Below are positions 1-11,532 of a stretch of DNA of 64,000 nucleotides, one piece after another. The notes under the pieces are model-generated. The model did not search any database. It was not told where the DNA came from and saw only the letters and a list, made by a program, of their open reading frames with translations. The stretch covers positions 1,426,001 through 1,490,000 of the forward strand of contig CM039002.1 in NCBI GenBank assembly GCA_017499595.2, read 5' to 3'. Position 1 is the first letter of the stretch. Each line of letters begins with the position of its first letter. Made by a program: the position numbers and the translations under genes. This DNA comes from Psilocybe cubensis (Eukaryota).

Positions 1-680
1 GAGCTATTCTTCTTTGTTTCGTGGACGAGGGTCAGCTCCAGTTTGCATCCTCGGTCGCTGATAGGCATTCACCTCTTTTCGTTTTGTGGCTTAAATAAAC
101 GTTCAGAGCCCGACCAGCAGAAATGGCACAGCCGGAGAAGAGGTCTAGGCTGAAAACTGGACCCGTGAAAACTCAGGCCAATAGATCCTCGAGCAAAGGA
201 ACCGAGTGAGCACAGTTCCAGATCCTTATACACGTTGCATGTGTCATGGAAATGTCTGCAGGTTATCAAGGATACAAACATTAACAGAGAAAGATTATTC
301 GACCATTGAAGAGTGTACCCCGCCAAACCGCGCATCCAAAATGGCAAGGGCAAAGTCGTCCCAAATGTAACTCACTGAAATATTTTCTACCCAGGCTATC
401 GCACCTACACCTCGGTCAGAATCGCCTGTAGAGATAGAATCGCCGTCCATGACACCCCTCGCCGGTGTTTCCAATTTATTGGCATCCCCACAAAACTCCG
501 CCCTAGGTAGTATAAGTTGCACCGGTAAACAGCTGCAACCCTTGGCCTCTTACGCAGACAAAATCATGGCGACAATTCTAAGCGTTACAAGAACCGAAAG
601 CAACAAGGTAATATTGCATAGTTAGACTTCGAAATAGCTTCAGGAACAATAAGTTGACCCAGATCTTCCAGAACGCTTGA
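1..680 (+). CDS. 3' end of an unidentified spliced gene (low-complexity Ser/Pro-rich C-terminus), partial
   Basis: A chain of splice-like signals joins exons reading ...ARPAEMAQPEKRSRLK...TE/LSRIQTL...M/AIAPTPRSESP.../DKIMATIL...NK/NA* (TGA 678-680). Some donors would have to be GC. No domain recognised. Confidence 0.4.
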
Positions 681-1441
681 TTTCCTTTTTTTACGGCATA
701 ATAGTAAAACGCTGTCAAAGCCTTCGGTAAGTATTTGTGGGGTTCAATCTGAAGCTATTTTATTCCAAGCTTACACTTCAAGCTCACTTCGTATCTTATT
801 GGATCAAATGGAAGCTATATCGAAGAGAGCACCCGGTTCGTCACATTATTTCATTTCTTTCTCGGGCACGTAGATAGCAGTTCATCTCCAGAATCCTCAC
901 CTGAGTACGTGGCCTGATTTAACCCAAACGGAGCCGAACTTAATTTCCTATACTCTCTTTGCAATCTGGCGTCACTTTAAATGACTTTTGCGCACTTGCC
1001 CTGCATCTGTTTTGCTCTTCCCGATTGTTTGTCAAATAGCTTCGACCAGCCTGGACTCCGTATCATCAAGTGATACTTGCATCACTCTTGCCTCAATATA
1101 CAGATTTGTTTGCCGAATGCCTCATGTTTCGTTTTCCAATAAATAATCTTGAATAATCCAGCGGTGATGTTAAATCCTTCTTGGCACCGACATTAAAGAC
1201 AAATAATATGTTCTATGCAAAATGGATTCGAGCTAGGTATGCACGCGTGATCCCCACTAGGGGCGACAGACGTTACTTACTATACGAAATTTATGATAAG
1301 GATTATGACCAAAAGAGAAAAAAAAAAAACAAGATAACACTTCCAGATAGATGGATGGTAATTCAGTGAGAAGAAGAGAATGATAATTTATGCAGTTGAA
1401 GATCGTTCGATGGATGTGGTATCACTATAAAGAGAAAATAA

Positions 1442-2370
1442 TCAAGAATCTCCGGAGCGTGAGCGAGCGTCAACCCTGTAGCAACGCATGTTAGGGTATC
1501 TTAGAATGAGGCCTTTGCTAGTCATTTGAGCATGAATTTCTTCGAACTGTAAAAGATGATTGTTGAAAGGAATGAATATATTTGTTAACCACGGGGCCGG
1601 CAAAAGAACATCGAATAAAGATGATGCGTACCCGGGTTCCCTCTGGAAGGGGTAGGGTCCTGTGGAACATCTTTCGGACATGTTCGCGCAGAACGACACC
1701 GTCCTCTTCCTCCCATTCGGTGATCTCGCCGCTCTCCCATGTGAGGACGAGTTTGTTGCGTTGGAAGCTGATATGGATGTCCTGCTTCGCGACCTCGGGA
1801 AGGTCAAAAGTGGCCACTATGGCGCGGCCGTCCGTGGATTCACGGAAAGTTGATCTATCAGGCAAAGGGGAAGACGGGTAAATTCAGTTTACGAAGTCCA
1901 GAAAGCGACCACGACTCTGTCGTTTCAGACGCGAGCGGGGAAAGACAAGAGATATAGACTGTTATTTACATTGATTTCTGTTTCCTAACCGACTTAGGAG
2001 CCGATATTGGGGGGGACTCCATGAGTGGTATTTGCATGGGCACATGGTCGGCTGCATACAGTTCCTGAACGACCTCCTCCAAAGACTGGACCTTTGGCCG
2101 CTCTTTCGCCATCTTCTTTTCCTTTTCCTGGCGGATGGAGTCCCACACCAAGGTAAGCGATCGAGCGTCCGCTGGAGGCTCGACATCTTCGATAGAAGAC
2201 CCGGCGATATTGGGATGAGTATACAGCCCGCGAGTCATTCCACGATGCCTGTACATGTCCAGCTCGGTAGAAGCGTCGTCAACAGAAGGATAGTCGATAC
2301 CAGTCACGGCTGGGCTCAACGGGGAAGAAACACCCTTGTCATCCTTGCGATTCGGGATGTGGGCAGGCAT
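1442..2370 (-). CDS. HSP20/alpha-crystallin-domain protein with long N-terminal extension (3 exons)
   Basis: ATG 2370 (MPAHIPNRK). Exon 2 IVATFDLPEVAKQDIHISFQRNKLVLTWE...FHRTLPLPEG and exon 3 FEEIHAQMTSKGLILRYP follow the alpha-crystallin pattern. Introns are GT-AG. Confidence 0.8.
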
Positions 2371-3584
2371 CAAGATAAGTGTGAGGACAGGAATCAGAAA
2401 GCAAGCGAGAAAGATGTCGACGATAAGAGAGGGAAAGATATCTAGTCGTTTCAACACGGCTTTATGGGATTAAGGGTCAGAGCCAGACAGTCGAACGCTG
2501 TGAAGGTGCGTTACTCACGAGGTATAAGTTTCGAGGAAGGTCGACAAACTGCGTCACTGTACGGAGATAGAGTAGTAGTTCTTCCGCAATAAAGGAGACG
2601 GGTGGAAGGATCATTCAATAAAAAGGGTGGTGAGCATCGCGATAATCTATAAAGTGAAGTATTGGGAAACGTCCAGAATGGAAAGAAAGAGCTTGAGGAG
2701 ACCGGATCAGCTGTCTGAGCAGGCTCCTTGCCTCATGTTAACAGCGAGGCTGGAGATTACACCGACGACAATCGCACCGCTACCTTTCCCCATTTGGGAA
2801 GCAAGGCCCGGTATTTTGCGCTCCTGCTCTCGGTTGTCTCCGACGCCGGTATAAAAATTGGCTCACCAATACACCGTCGTTGTTTTCATTCATTTCATTT
2901 TGTGCGCCTACAACCTTTTGCAGCTGTGAGTCCTCGTTCTATTCTGCCGATATGATGGGCCTTGTGCCATCAGTCAATAGCATGTTAGACTACCAAGCGC
3001 CCTGGTGCAGCTGCGGATACTTACCTCGACTCCTGATTCTATCTCCCTCTTGCCTTTCGCTCATATGCTGATTTCTTCTCCAGAATCCAGATGGCCTGAT
3101 ATACGTCTCGTGTTCTTCCTGTCTTTCAACCTGCCTTATCTGTGCAACTTCTCGGCCTACGTGATTTATCTGCCTGCCCTTTGTGCTCTTGTATATTTAC
3201 GCGAGAAAGGGTGCATGGTGCTTTTTTCACCAGCTTTGCTCTCGCGCCTTTCTGTTCGTGTAGTTTTATGGTGTCAATGTTAGCCACCATCATCTGTGCT
3301 TCCAAAGCAAGCCATGTGTTAGTTTATTAAATCCGATCTCACTTTTATCTCACACGTACTGTTACAATCGATTCCAAACAAGGCATTGAGTATCGCCCCA
3401 TTCAACGGTCCGAGTAGTACGGTCTATCTCACCAGATGGTTAAGGGCACCTTACGTATGTCAAGAATAGAACATTGGAGTTATAAATATAAGCAATAAGT
3501 TACAAAGTGTAGTCTAGCAAGACGTAAATTGGTCAATACTGAAAACGGTAGTTCATAGTTGGTTGTATACATTACAATATGCAA

Positions 3585-6500
3585 TCAAAGTGGTTTCTTG
3601 AACTTCTTGTTCGAGTACCCAGTCGTGCTTCGTCCCATTCCCAAACGTCGCTTCACCCCGGTGGGTTGAAGAATAGGATTGACAATGTGCGAAGACTGCG
3701 AAGGTTCTGTTCGAGGAACACCTTTGTTCAAAGATGGTATTTCAGTTACGACACTAGGGATTGACGATGGCATAGGAGGTCCTTTCTTCGGCTGAGCTAA
3801 CACGATGTTTGCCGCCGCGGGTCTGTGTTCAGTCACCGATATACCCGTCTGGTACTTGGGAATGACAGGTACGTCATTTTTAGCAGTAGCATTTGGAGTA
3901 GATGAGTGTCTTGGTGGTGGAGGAGCATTGGATGATTTGGGGACATCGGGTGTAGAGCAAAATATTTCCATGTCATAATCAGGATCTGAGAGATCTTCAT
4001 TGCTCCCATGCACAATAGCTTGTTTCAATGAGAAGCAAGGCCCTGGTTTTAAGCTAGACTCGCCAAGCCGTCGATTATGATAATAGAAGGGTTCGACCTG
4101 CGTATTGTTCCTCGAACCTGGCACCGCAGATGAAGAAGGGAGGCTGACGGTAGCAGCAGCAACAAGGTGAGGCAACACAGGGTTTGCAGGCGGTTTGTGG
4201 ATTACAGCAGACCCTTTGGAGAAGTACGAAGGTGGCTTGTTATGGTCAAGGGTCTGAGAATGAGTTTGATGTTCATGCTCCTTTTGACCAGATATATATC
4301 CCCGATGACCCCCTGGTATCGAGGTCCCTACAGTGTGCGGGGAAATGAATGATCCAGAATTGAGACCTTTCTGGGGTTTAAGTGTTGAAGCATTTATCTG
4401 GGGAGTGTGTTTATGCACCCCGGCAAATGTCGTGAATGCGGTACTAAGTGTATTCGATGACGAAAGCGGTTTGGTTGGTCGGCTGAACGCACATTTTTTG
4501 AAGTCCCGTGTAAAGGTCGCAGAAATGGCGGCAAGAGTCTCCGGAGCAGCGTACATGGCAGCTAATTCAGCTTAAAGAAAAAGTCCTGTCAGAGATCGAA
4601 ACATGGTGCTAAGATAGGAATTATTACCAGAATCGTTTGGCACCTTCTGTATTTTTGATCGCACTCCCTGTAAGGACACTGTGACCATTTCACCTGTCCG
4701 TGTCTGAAAGGTCGGCTGGACGTAGGACCCGTCTGACTCGCTGTTGTGATATCAACTCCCTGCATACACAGAATGAGAACCGAAATAAACTTACAGCTCA
4801 TTGAGCCTGCGGTTTATTTCATCGTCCTCAGGAAGGCATCTATCCAACACCTTTGATACCACAGCTCTATCTTCAGGCAAAAATCGGGGTACATCGCAGC
4901 TGAAAAGACTCTAAAAATATGATAAGCTTTTTTTTATTGACTACTTTGCTCTAAGTGAGACGAGTTTATACCTCGTCCTTGCCTCTAACAGAAGCCACAA
5001 AGTTGGAGAGCCGCTTTGATTTGGTTTTTCCTGCTACCACGCGCTTTTCCGCCATCAGAACGTAAAGGAGCGATTTTGCTCTTGTGAACGCCACGTAAAG
5101 CAGGCGGCTGTGAGGGCATGGGTCAGAGCTGCGTGATACATGTTTCAATAATGGTATGACCATACCGTTCTTCGTCAATATCTTCAGTTCGATAAAAAGG
5201 GAACGTCTCTTGATCGACTTTCCACGACATTAAATCTCAAGCATACCATTGTATTTGGGACTGCTTACCTGACGGAACCATTACTACAGGCCATTCTAAA
5301 CCTTTCGCAGCATGGCAGGTAGAGAGCGTAACTTTCTATAGCCAGGCATTAGTGTATAATTTTGGCGACAATCTTAGCCAATCACCTCTTGCGCTTGATC
5401 TTCACTGTCATTATCACCCTCTGATGAAAGTGTAGACGCCTGTAAAAAGTCGCGCAGCATGGAACTGCTAGAAAGACATTATTAAGTCAAGTGACCAACA
5501 TGGTACCAATATAAGACTTGCCGCTCGGACTGCTGCTCCGGGGCAAGTTCATCAAATGGCGGTCGACTTTTGAGAGCATCCGCTTCAATTTCATTTGCAA
5601 ATGTGATTAACTCCTGCACATTTTCCCATCTGCTGTCCCAGTCTTGCTGTGTTTTTCTCAAATGATCTTCGTACTGAATCATGTCAAGCAGTTTGCGTAT
5701 CAGGTCAGACGGAGGAATTTTCTGAGACCACTTTGAGTACAGAATCCGGATTAAGAAACAAGATTTCATCACCTCTTGGTCGAGTCGTCGCATACATCGA
5801 ATTGATTTAACGAATGATGTGATTTTCTTCTTGATGGGAGGTTTGATATCAGAAGCTTTGTTATCATGTATCCTTTCTACAAGTTCCAGTTGGGAGATTT
5901 TAAGTTCTTGTGCCCGAATTGCAAGCTCGGATAAGGACTGGTGATCTTCTAAATAAAAGTTCTACGAACGGATTCGTTAGACTCACTTTCTCCCCCATCC
6001 CACGAGAAGGGACTTTGATAGCGCGGATAAATGCGGGGTTGAAACTCGGGTTATCAACGAGCTGTAAGTATGCTAAAATGTCTTTCACCTAACGAACATA
6101 TTAGAAACCATTTAAGAAAAAAGTTGGATCCATTGAACACACCTCCATCCGTTCGAAGAATTTATGTCCTCCTAGAATACGACATGGAATTCCTTGCTTT
6201 TGCAAAGCACTCTCTATCGGCCGTGACAAGGCATTGAATCGAACTACACATCAAATCAACTCGCTGCCTATGTCAAAAGTTAGCAAATGCACTCACGAAG
6301 TACTACGAAATCCCCCCATTTAAGAACTCCTCCCATATTTGCGACACATCTCTTTATTTCACTGGCAACGAAGCTCGCTTCTTCTTTTTCGGTTTCAAAA
6401 GTGCCCACGAAAGGGGTGGCGCCAAGAGGGTGGTTGGTATGTAGGGACTTCGGTATCCGCTTTTTATCTGGATCGCATAAATGATATATTCAACTTAAGA

Positions 6501-7879
6501 AGCTTCAAAAACCTAAAACCTAAAACCTTCTGAAACTACGGCTAAGCAAGCACGAAGGATTGATGCTGTTGAACGGTAATTTTGTTCTAAGAAAACTTGA
6601 ACCGTGTTTCGAAAATCTGGAAAAAATTCAGGCGCATATATTCCTAAAATATCTGTTAAACTTGCCATTTCGCATCCTAGACAGGTTTATCACTTCGGCA
6701 GAACGCCAACCATAAACTTCGTAAGACAATCAGCAATCATCGTCTACAGAAAAAGTATGTCATTCAGCAACTTACTTGACTGGTCAGGATCGCCAACAAT
6801 GGTCACACATCGTCGATATCCAATAGCTTTCATGAGTTCATATTGCATTGTATTGGTGTCCTGACTGCAAGAAATTGATGGTTATAAGAATACAATTTGA
6901 CATTCCGTGGCCGACAACCCACAATTCATCGACCAAGATGTGTTTGCACCATAAAACGGATTCCGTATGTGTGGAGAAAAGCTTGACACCATAGACCAGT
7001 AAATCATCAAAATCAAGCGCGTTGTTTGCCTTTAGAACCTGTTCATAGCCTATATAGACTTCAGCAATTATACGCTGGATACTTTTCTTCTCTTCCTGGG
7101 CGGTTTCAGTTTTCGATACTTTCGAGCTCCTGCCTTCATCGTGCTCCACTTCCTTGAAAAATAATGCAGCGGTTTGACCTTTTGCCTTTGATTTCGAGAT
7201 GAAAGATGAAACGGTCCCTTCCGACAATGTAATGTCGTTATTGGCCATATATTCCGCGTATGGTTTCATTAGAGCAGAAAGCAACTTTTTACTGTAAGCG
7301 TTTCAAATGAGAGAGTGAACAATGGACAAAAAATCAGGAACTTGCCTATCGTCTGCGTCGCATATGGTGAAATTTGAATCCAGGTTGACCGCGGCAGCGT
7401 ACATTCGCAAATACCGTACACAAACGGAATGAAATGTCCCCATTTTCAGTTCTGCTGTCCTTCGTTTCCCGATGAGTTTTGTGAGTCGATCGCGCATTTC
7501 ATTGGCGGCTTTGTTAGTAAACGTTACAGCACATATTGAAGACGGGGATATTTCATGGGTAATTATTAAACGAGCTATCCGTGCAGTTAATACCTATAAT
7601 GATTATAAACCGGAGTCATAATAGCCAGATGGTGTGGACCTACTTTGGTCTTGCCGCTACCGGGACCAGCCAATATTTGCAGGGGAATAGCTGGGTCATG
7701 CTGAACAGCTAAACACGTAAAATGTAAGAAATATTAGTATTACAAAGGGATAAGCCTTGGATACCTTTTAATTGAGCTGGGTTGAGTCCAGCGAGAATGT
7801 TTTCTATGCAGGTTGCCGAGTCGGATTGTGAAGGTTGTGCTGAAGTGATGCCATCTGTACCACTAGCAGGGGTATTCAT
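3585..7879 (-). CDS. SRS2: UvrD/PcrA-family (SF1A) DNA helicase, Srs2-like, multi-exon
   Basis: Q motif LNPAQ, Walker A LAGPGSGKT, VTFTNKAA, GTFHSVC, LDFDDLL, ILVDEFQDT, VGDPDQSIYGWR, LEQNYRST, STCHAAKGLEWP, RLLYVAFTRAK, followed by a long disordered C-terminus. Confidence 0.93.
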
Positions 7880-8541
7880 AACAGAAAGTTGTCTTTACAA
7901 AGCGAAAGGAGATTAGGGGTTATATGAAAGCGCAACGGACATGAGGAAGTATAGATTGAGAGTTAATCTGCTCAGAGCTATGGGCACGTTGATAACCAGA
8001 AGGATGGATGCAAAAGAAAGATATAAAGACACATTAGCAGTTGAGATTGATTCAAAACGTGATCATACGAACGCGACGCGCTGTTACCTAAAGTCACGTG
8101 GACGTGACAGTTCCAACGAAGCGCGTTTCTGATTGTCACAAACCGCTCTAGTAACTCAATAACAGTTTCTTTGACTCTTTCCATTGCCAATCATGTCTGG
8201 TTGCAGGATAGATTATTTTCTTATCACAACCTTCGGAATCAATGGCATAATTGCTCCACCTGAAACAACACTCAATGCGCTAGCACCTTCCTAGTTTTCT
8301 TCGGTAACCACATTCGGCAAACCGATCGCTCGGGGCGGGGATTGACCAAACGCACTAGTCTAGTTCAAGATCGGTTGTGGGTCTTCCTATAAGTACCCAA
8401 TAAACCATCCTAGGAGGCATATAGCGCACGCTCTTTTTTCTTTTTTTAACCACTTCTCTAAGTCTTTGTCGCCTTGACGGCACTGGCGGCCTCAAGCATA
8501 TACACTAATACACTATCAGGCAACCTCAACTGTATTGCAAC

Positions 8542-11414
8542 ATGGCGCGCCATCTAGGCCTTGGAGGCAATGTACCAGCGATGCTTCGGACAGAATCCGA
8601 GCTCTCCTGTTGTTCTGTTGATTCAGCTTCTAATCTAATCAACCAAAGCGATCTCGCCGAAGGCACAAATCAAGCAGAGTTGCCCTACTTTCATGCCCGT
8701 TCGTCACAAAGCAACCCCTCTTTTCTCAACGGCGGGCACAAACGGCACAGGTGGACAACTGCATTTGTGGGTTGGAGAGTCGCTTTTTGTTCATGTGGGT
8801 CCAACATTGAGTTCGGGTTGTTTGTGCATTGCTCATTATTCTGGATATAGGGCTCAACTTGCTCCTCGTGTCAATACCAATATCAGTGAGTGCTGAAAAC
8901 TGCTTCGTAAATTACATCTCTAACCGCGTATCTGGTGACAGTGGACTTTGAATCTTACCTTGAAAAACTCTCATGGCCTCACATTTTCGTGTCAGTGACA
9001 CCACACCATAAAAGAAATCATCATAATAAACTAGCTGACTTGAAATATTTCCGTAGTTTGTGTTCTAGCGTTACTGCCTTTAGTCAGGGTAAGTATGCTG
9101 TCATTTTCAGCTTTTGTACGCTCAACTGACGTTCATAATATTCCAGCTGCATGATCTGGCGACCAGAGATCTGGCCAGCAGAGTTGGAGGATCGAAAGCT
9201 GGACTGTTGAACGGTAGCATGGTAAGACTGTAATGTGACTTGGAGGATGATTCTTGTTTATCAACATCCTGCTCATAATACAGAGTAATTTGTAAGTGTG
9301 TCTATCCATATATTTCCACCGCACAACAATATTTACTTTACATCAATACAGCGTCGAAATTGTCGTTGCTGTGAGTCCGCCAAATATTCAATTACACACG
9401 AACATTTTTTCCAATAGACTTCTATCAGATAAGCGCCCTGCGCAAATGCGAGCTGAAGGTGGTTCAATCTACACGTGAGTTAGTATCCAGCTTTACAACC
9501 GTGAGCGCCAATAATCTATCTATCATTTAGTGATTGGAGCTATGTTATGCAAACTATGTGTGTCACGTTCCCTACTTTCGAAGTCATTTATACAAATGTA
9601 CTAATTGACACCAAGTACTTGTTCTTGGTCTCTGTTTTTTTGCGGGTGGTATGCGATTTTCTGAACAAGGATTCGATCCCAGTGGGTTTCACCTCATACA
9701 TATATTTAATTTAGTTGATTAAATGTGTAATAGCCGCAACGCAGGTTCATTCCTCCCTTCTTAGTCTGAGTGTCGGTGCCGTGCTACTCCCCGCAGCATA
9801 TCATTTTACATTAGGCAGCCCGGGAGATGCTTCTTTCGAAACGCAGAAACAGAACATCTTGCATATGAGCCACGGTGTAAGTAATAATATCTATCCAATG
9901 AACTAGCATGTTCACGTTGAACTTAGGTATCCATCGTATTGCTATTCAGTTAGTGTTCTGTATTACATTCACATCAAGTTTCTCTCATTTATTGACTTTC
10001 TTTTCTCTCAAAAGTTTACTTGTCATATCTAGTATTCCAACTATGGTCTCATACCTACCTATACAACGATCAGCACAACAAGAAGAGTAATAGACTATCC
10101 GCCGTCTTACGGGGCAAGCGCGCCGCAAGAATGACACAGTACCCTCCAAACCTAACACAGGCCTCGGAAAGCCACATCGATGTATATAAGCAGGCAAACG
10201 AAGCCTTCTCACTAGACCCTCCTCGCAGGCCTTATGCATCCACCCCTTTATCCTCATCTTCGGATATAACAATGCACGAACGTGTGGATATCCATTTGGA
10301 TCATGTTGCTCATATACCTCCAAAAAACTCGACTGTTCGATTGGTCAATGGCCCTGAAGGAGTCCCAATGTCTCGCAAAACAAGTTACGGCAGTAGCATG
10401 CGTTCAACCAGTTCAGGAACATCGCCGTCGATTCTCAAAGAACCCGAACCGGAATCCTCAGTCACCGATATTCCGCCTCAAAAGGAACCTCAATTGAGTT
10501 GGTTTTTGACAATCTTTCTACTGATAATAGTGACGGGCGTAAGCTGTTAAGTGCATCATTTATTTCTCAGCATGTTGATCTCATCCACATGTATAGGCTG
10601 TTGCAATTACTGTTGATTGGTTGGTCGAAGCAATGGATGAGGTTTCCACTACTATTAGCAAAGAATGGGTGGGTCTGATACTACTTCCAGCGGTCAGTTC
10701 AGTTGCAGGTACATCGTTTCTAAATGCTTTGTATATTGCTATTTCTAACATGACCAAAGAAATCATCACTGCAGTGAAAGTATCTGTAAAAGACGAGTTG
10801 ACTCTAAGTGTTAGCGTGGCGGTGGGGTCTACAATTGTTCGTAAAATATTTAACCGATGGTTATTATATTCGCTGATGTAAATGACTTCTTCCAGCAAAC
10901 TGCACTTTTTGTTATCCCGTCAGTTTTCATTCAAATTTTCATCCCTCAAGAGGTAGTCTTTTACATGTCATTGACCCTAGATTTACTGTTATTCTTGGTT
11001 GGGTTCTCAAAAAGCCTTTATCCTTGTTGATGGACCCTTTTCAGTCAATGGTGAGTCAGTTTACTTTTTATACCGCCCCATTCTAATGTTACTGTAGGTC
11101 CTTTACATAGCAGGTAAACAATTCGCAGTCTCCATTGATTTCCTGTATTTATCACCTCCTGGCTAGTGCACACTATGGGATATGTCGTTGGAGATGGCAA
11201 ATCAAATTGGCTTGAAGGTGTCATTCTCATCTGTGAGCCGGTTGTCGATATGTGATTCCTCAACTAACGCCATCAACTAGGCCTTTACATTATTATTGCT
11301 GTGTCATTTTGGTTTTATCCAGGTTTGTATAGCAGTGTGAGCTTTTCCTGACATAACCTGACCCTCCTTTTGATAGCGTCAAACATCGACTTGACTACTG
11401 CATGCAGAGTGTAA
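8542..11414 (+). CDS. Ca2+/H+ exchanger (CAX/Vcx1 family), divergent paralog, multi-exon
   Basis: LLVLGLCFFAGG, LLSLSVGAVLLPAAYH, SYLVFQLWSH, EWVGLILLP, SVAVGSTIQTALFVIP, DGKSNWLEG. Stop TAA 11412-11414. Confidence 0.9.
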
Positions 11415-11532
11415 TATCGCTCATGGACTCCAGTAAACCTACAAACAAGTAAACTATGGACAAGTACATAAACATATATACTAGCATCACATCCACATAA
11501 TAATGTATCTAAATTGTATAAAACAACTTTCA

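Noticed and set aside
3017..3026. ATACTTACCT matches the U1 snRNA 5' end
   Set aside because: No U1 stem-loop I (GATCACGAAG-like) or Sm site follows. It is better explained as the reverse complement of a 5' splice site, or chance.
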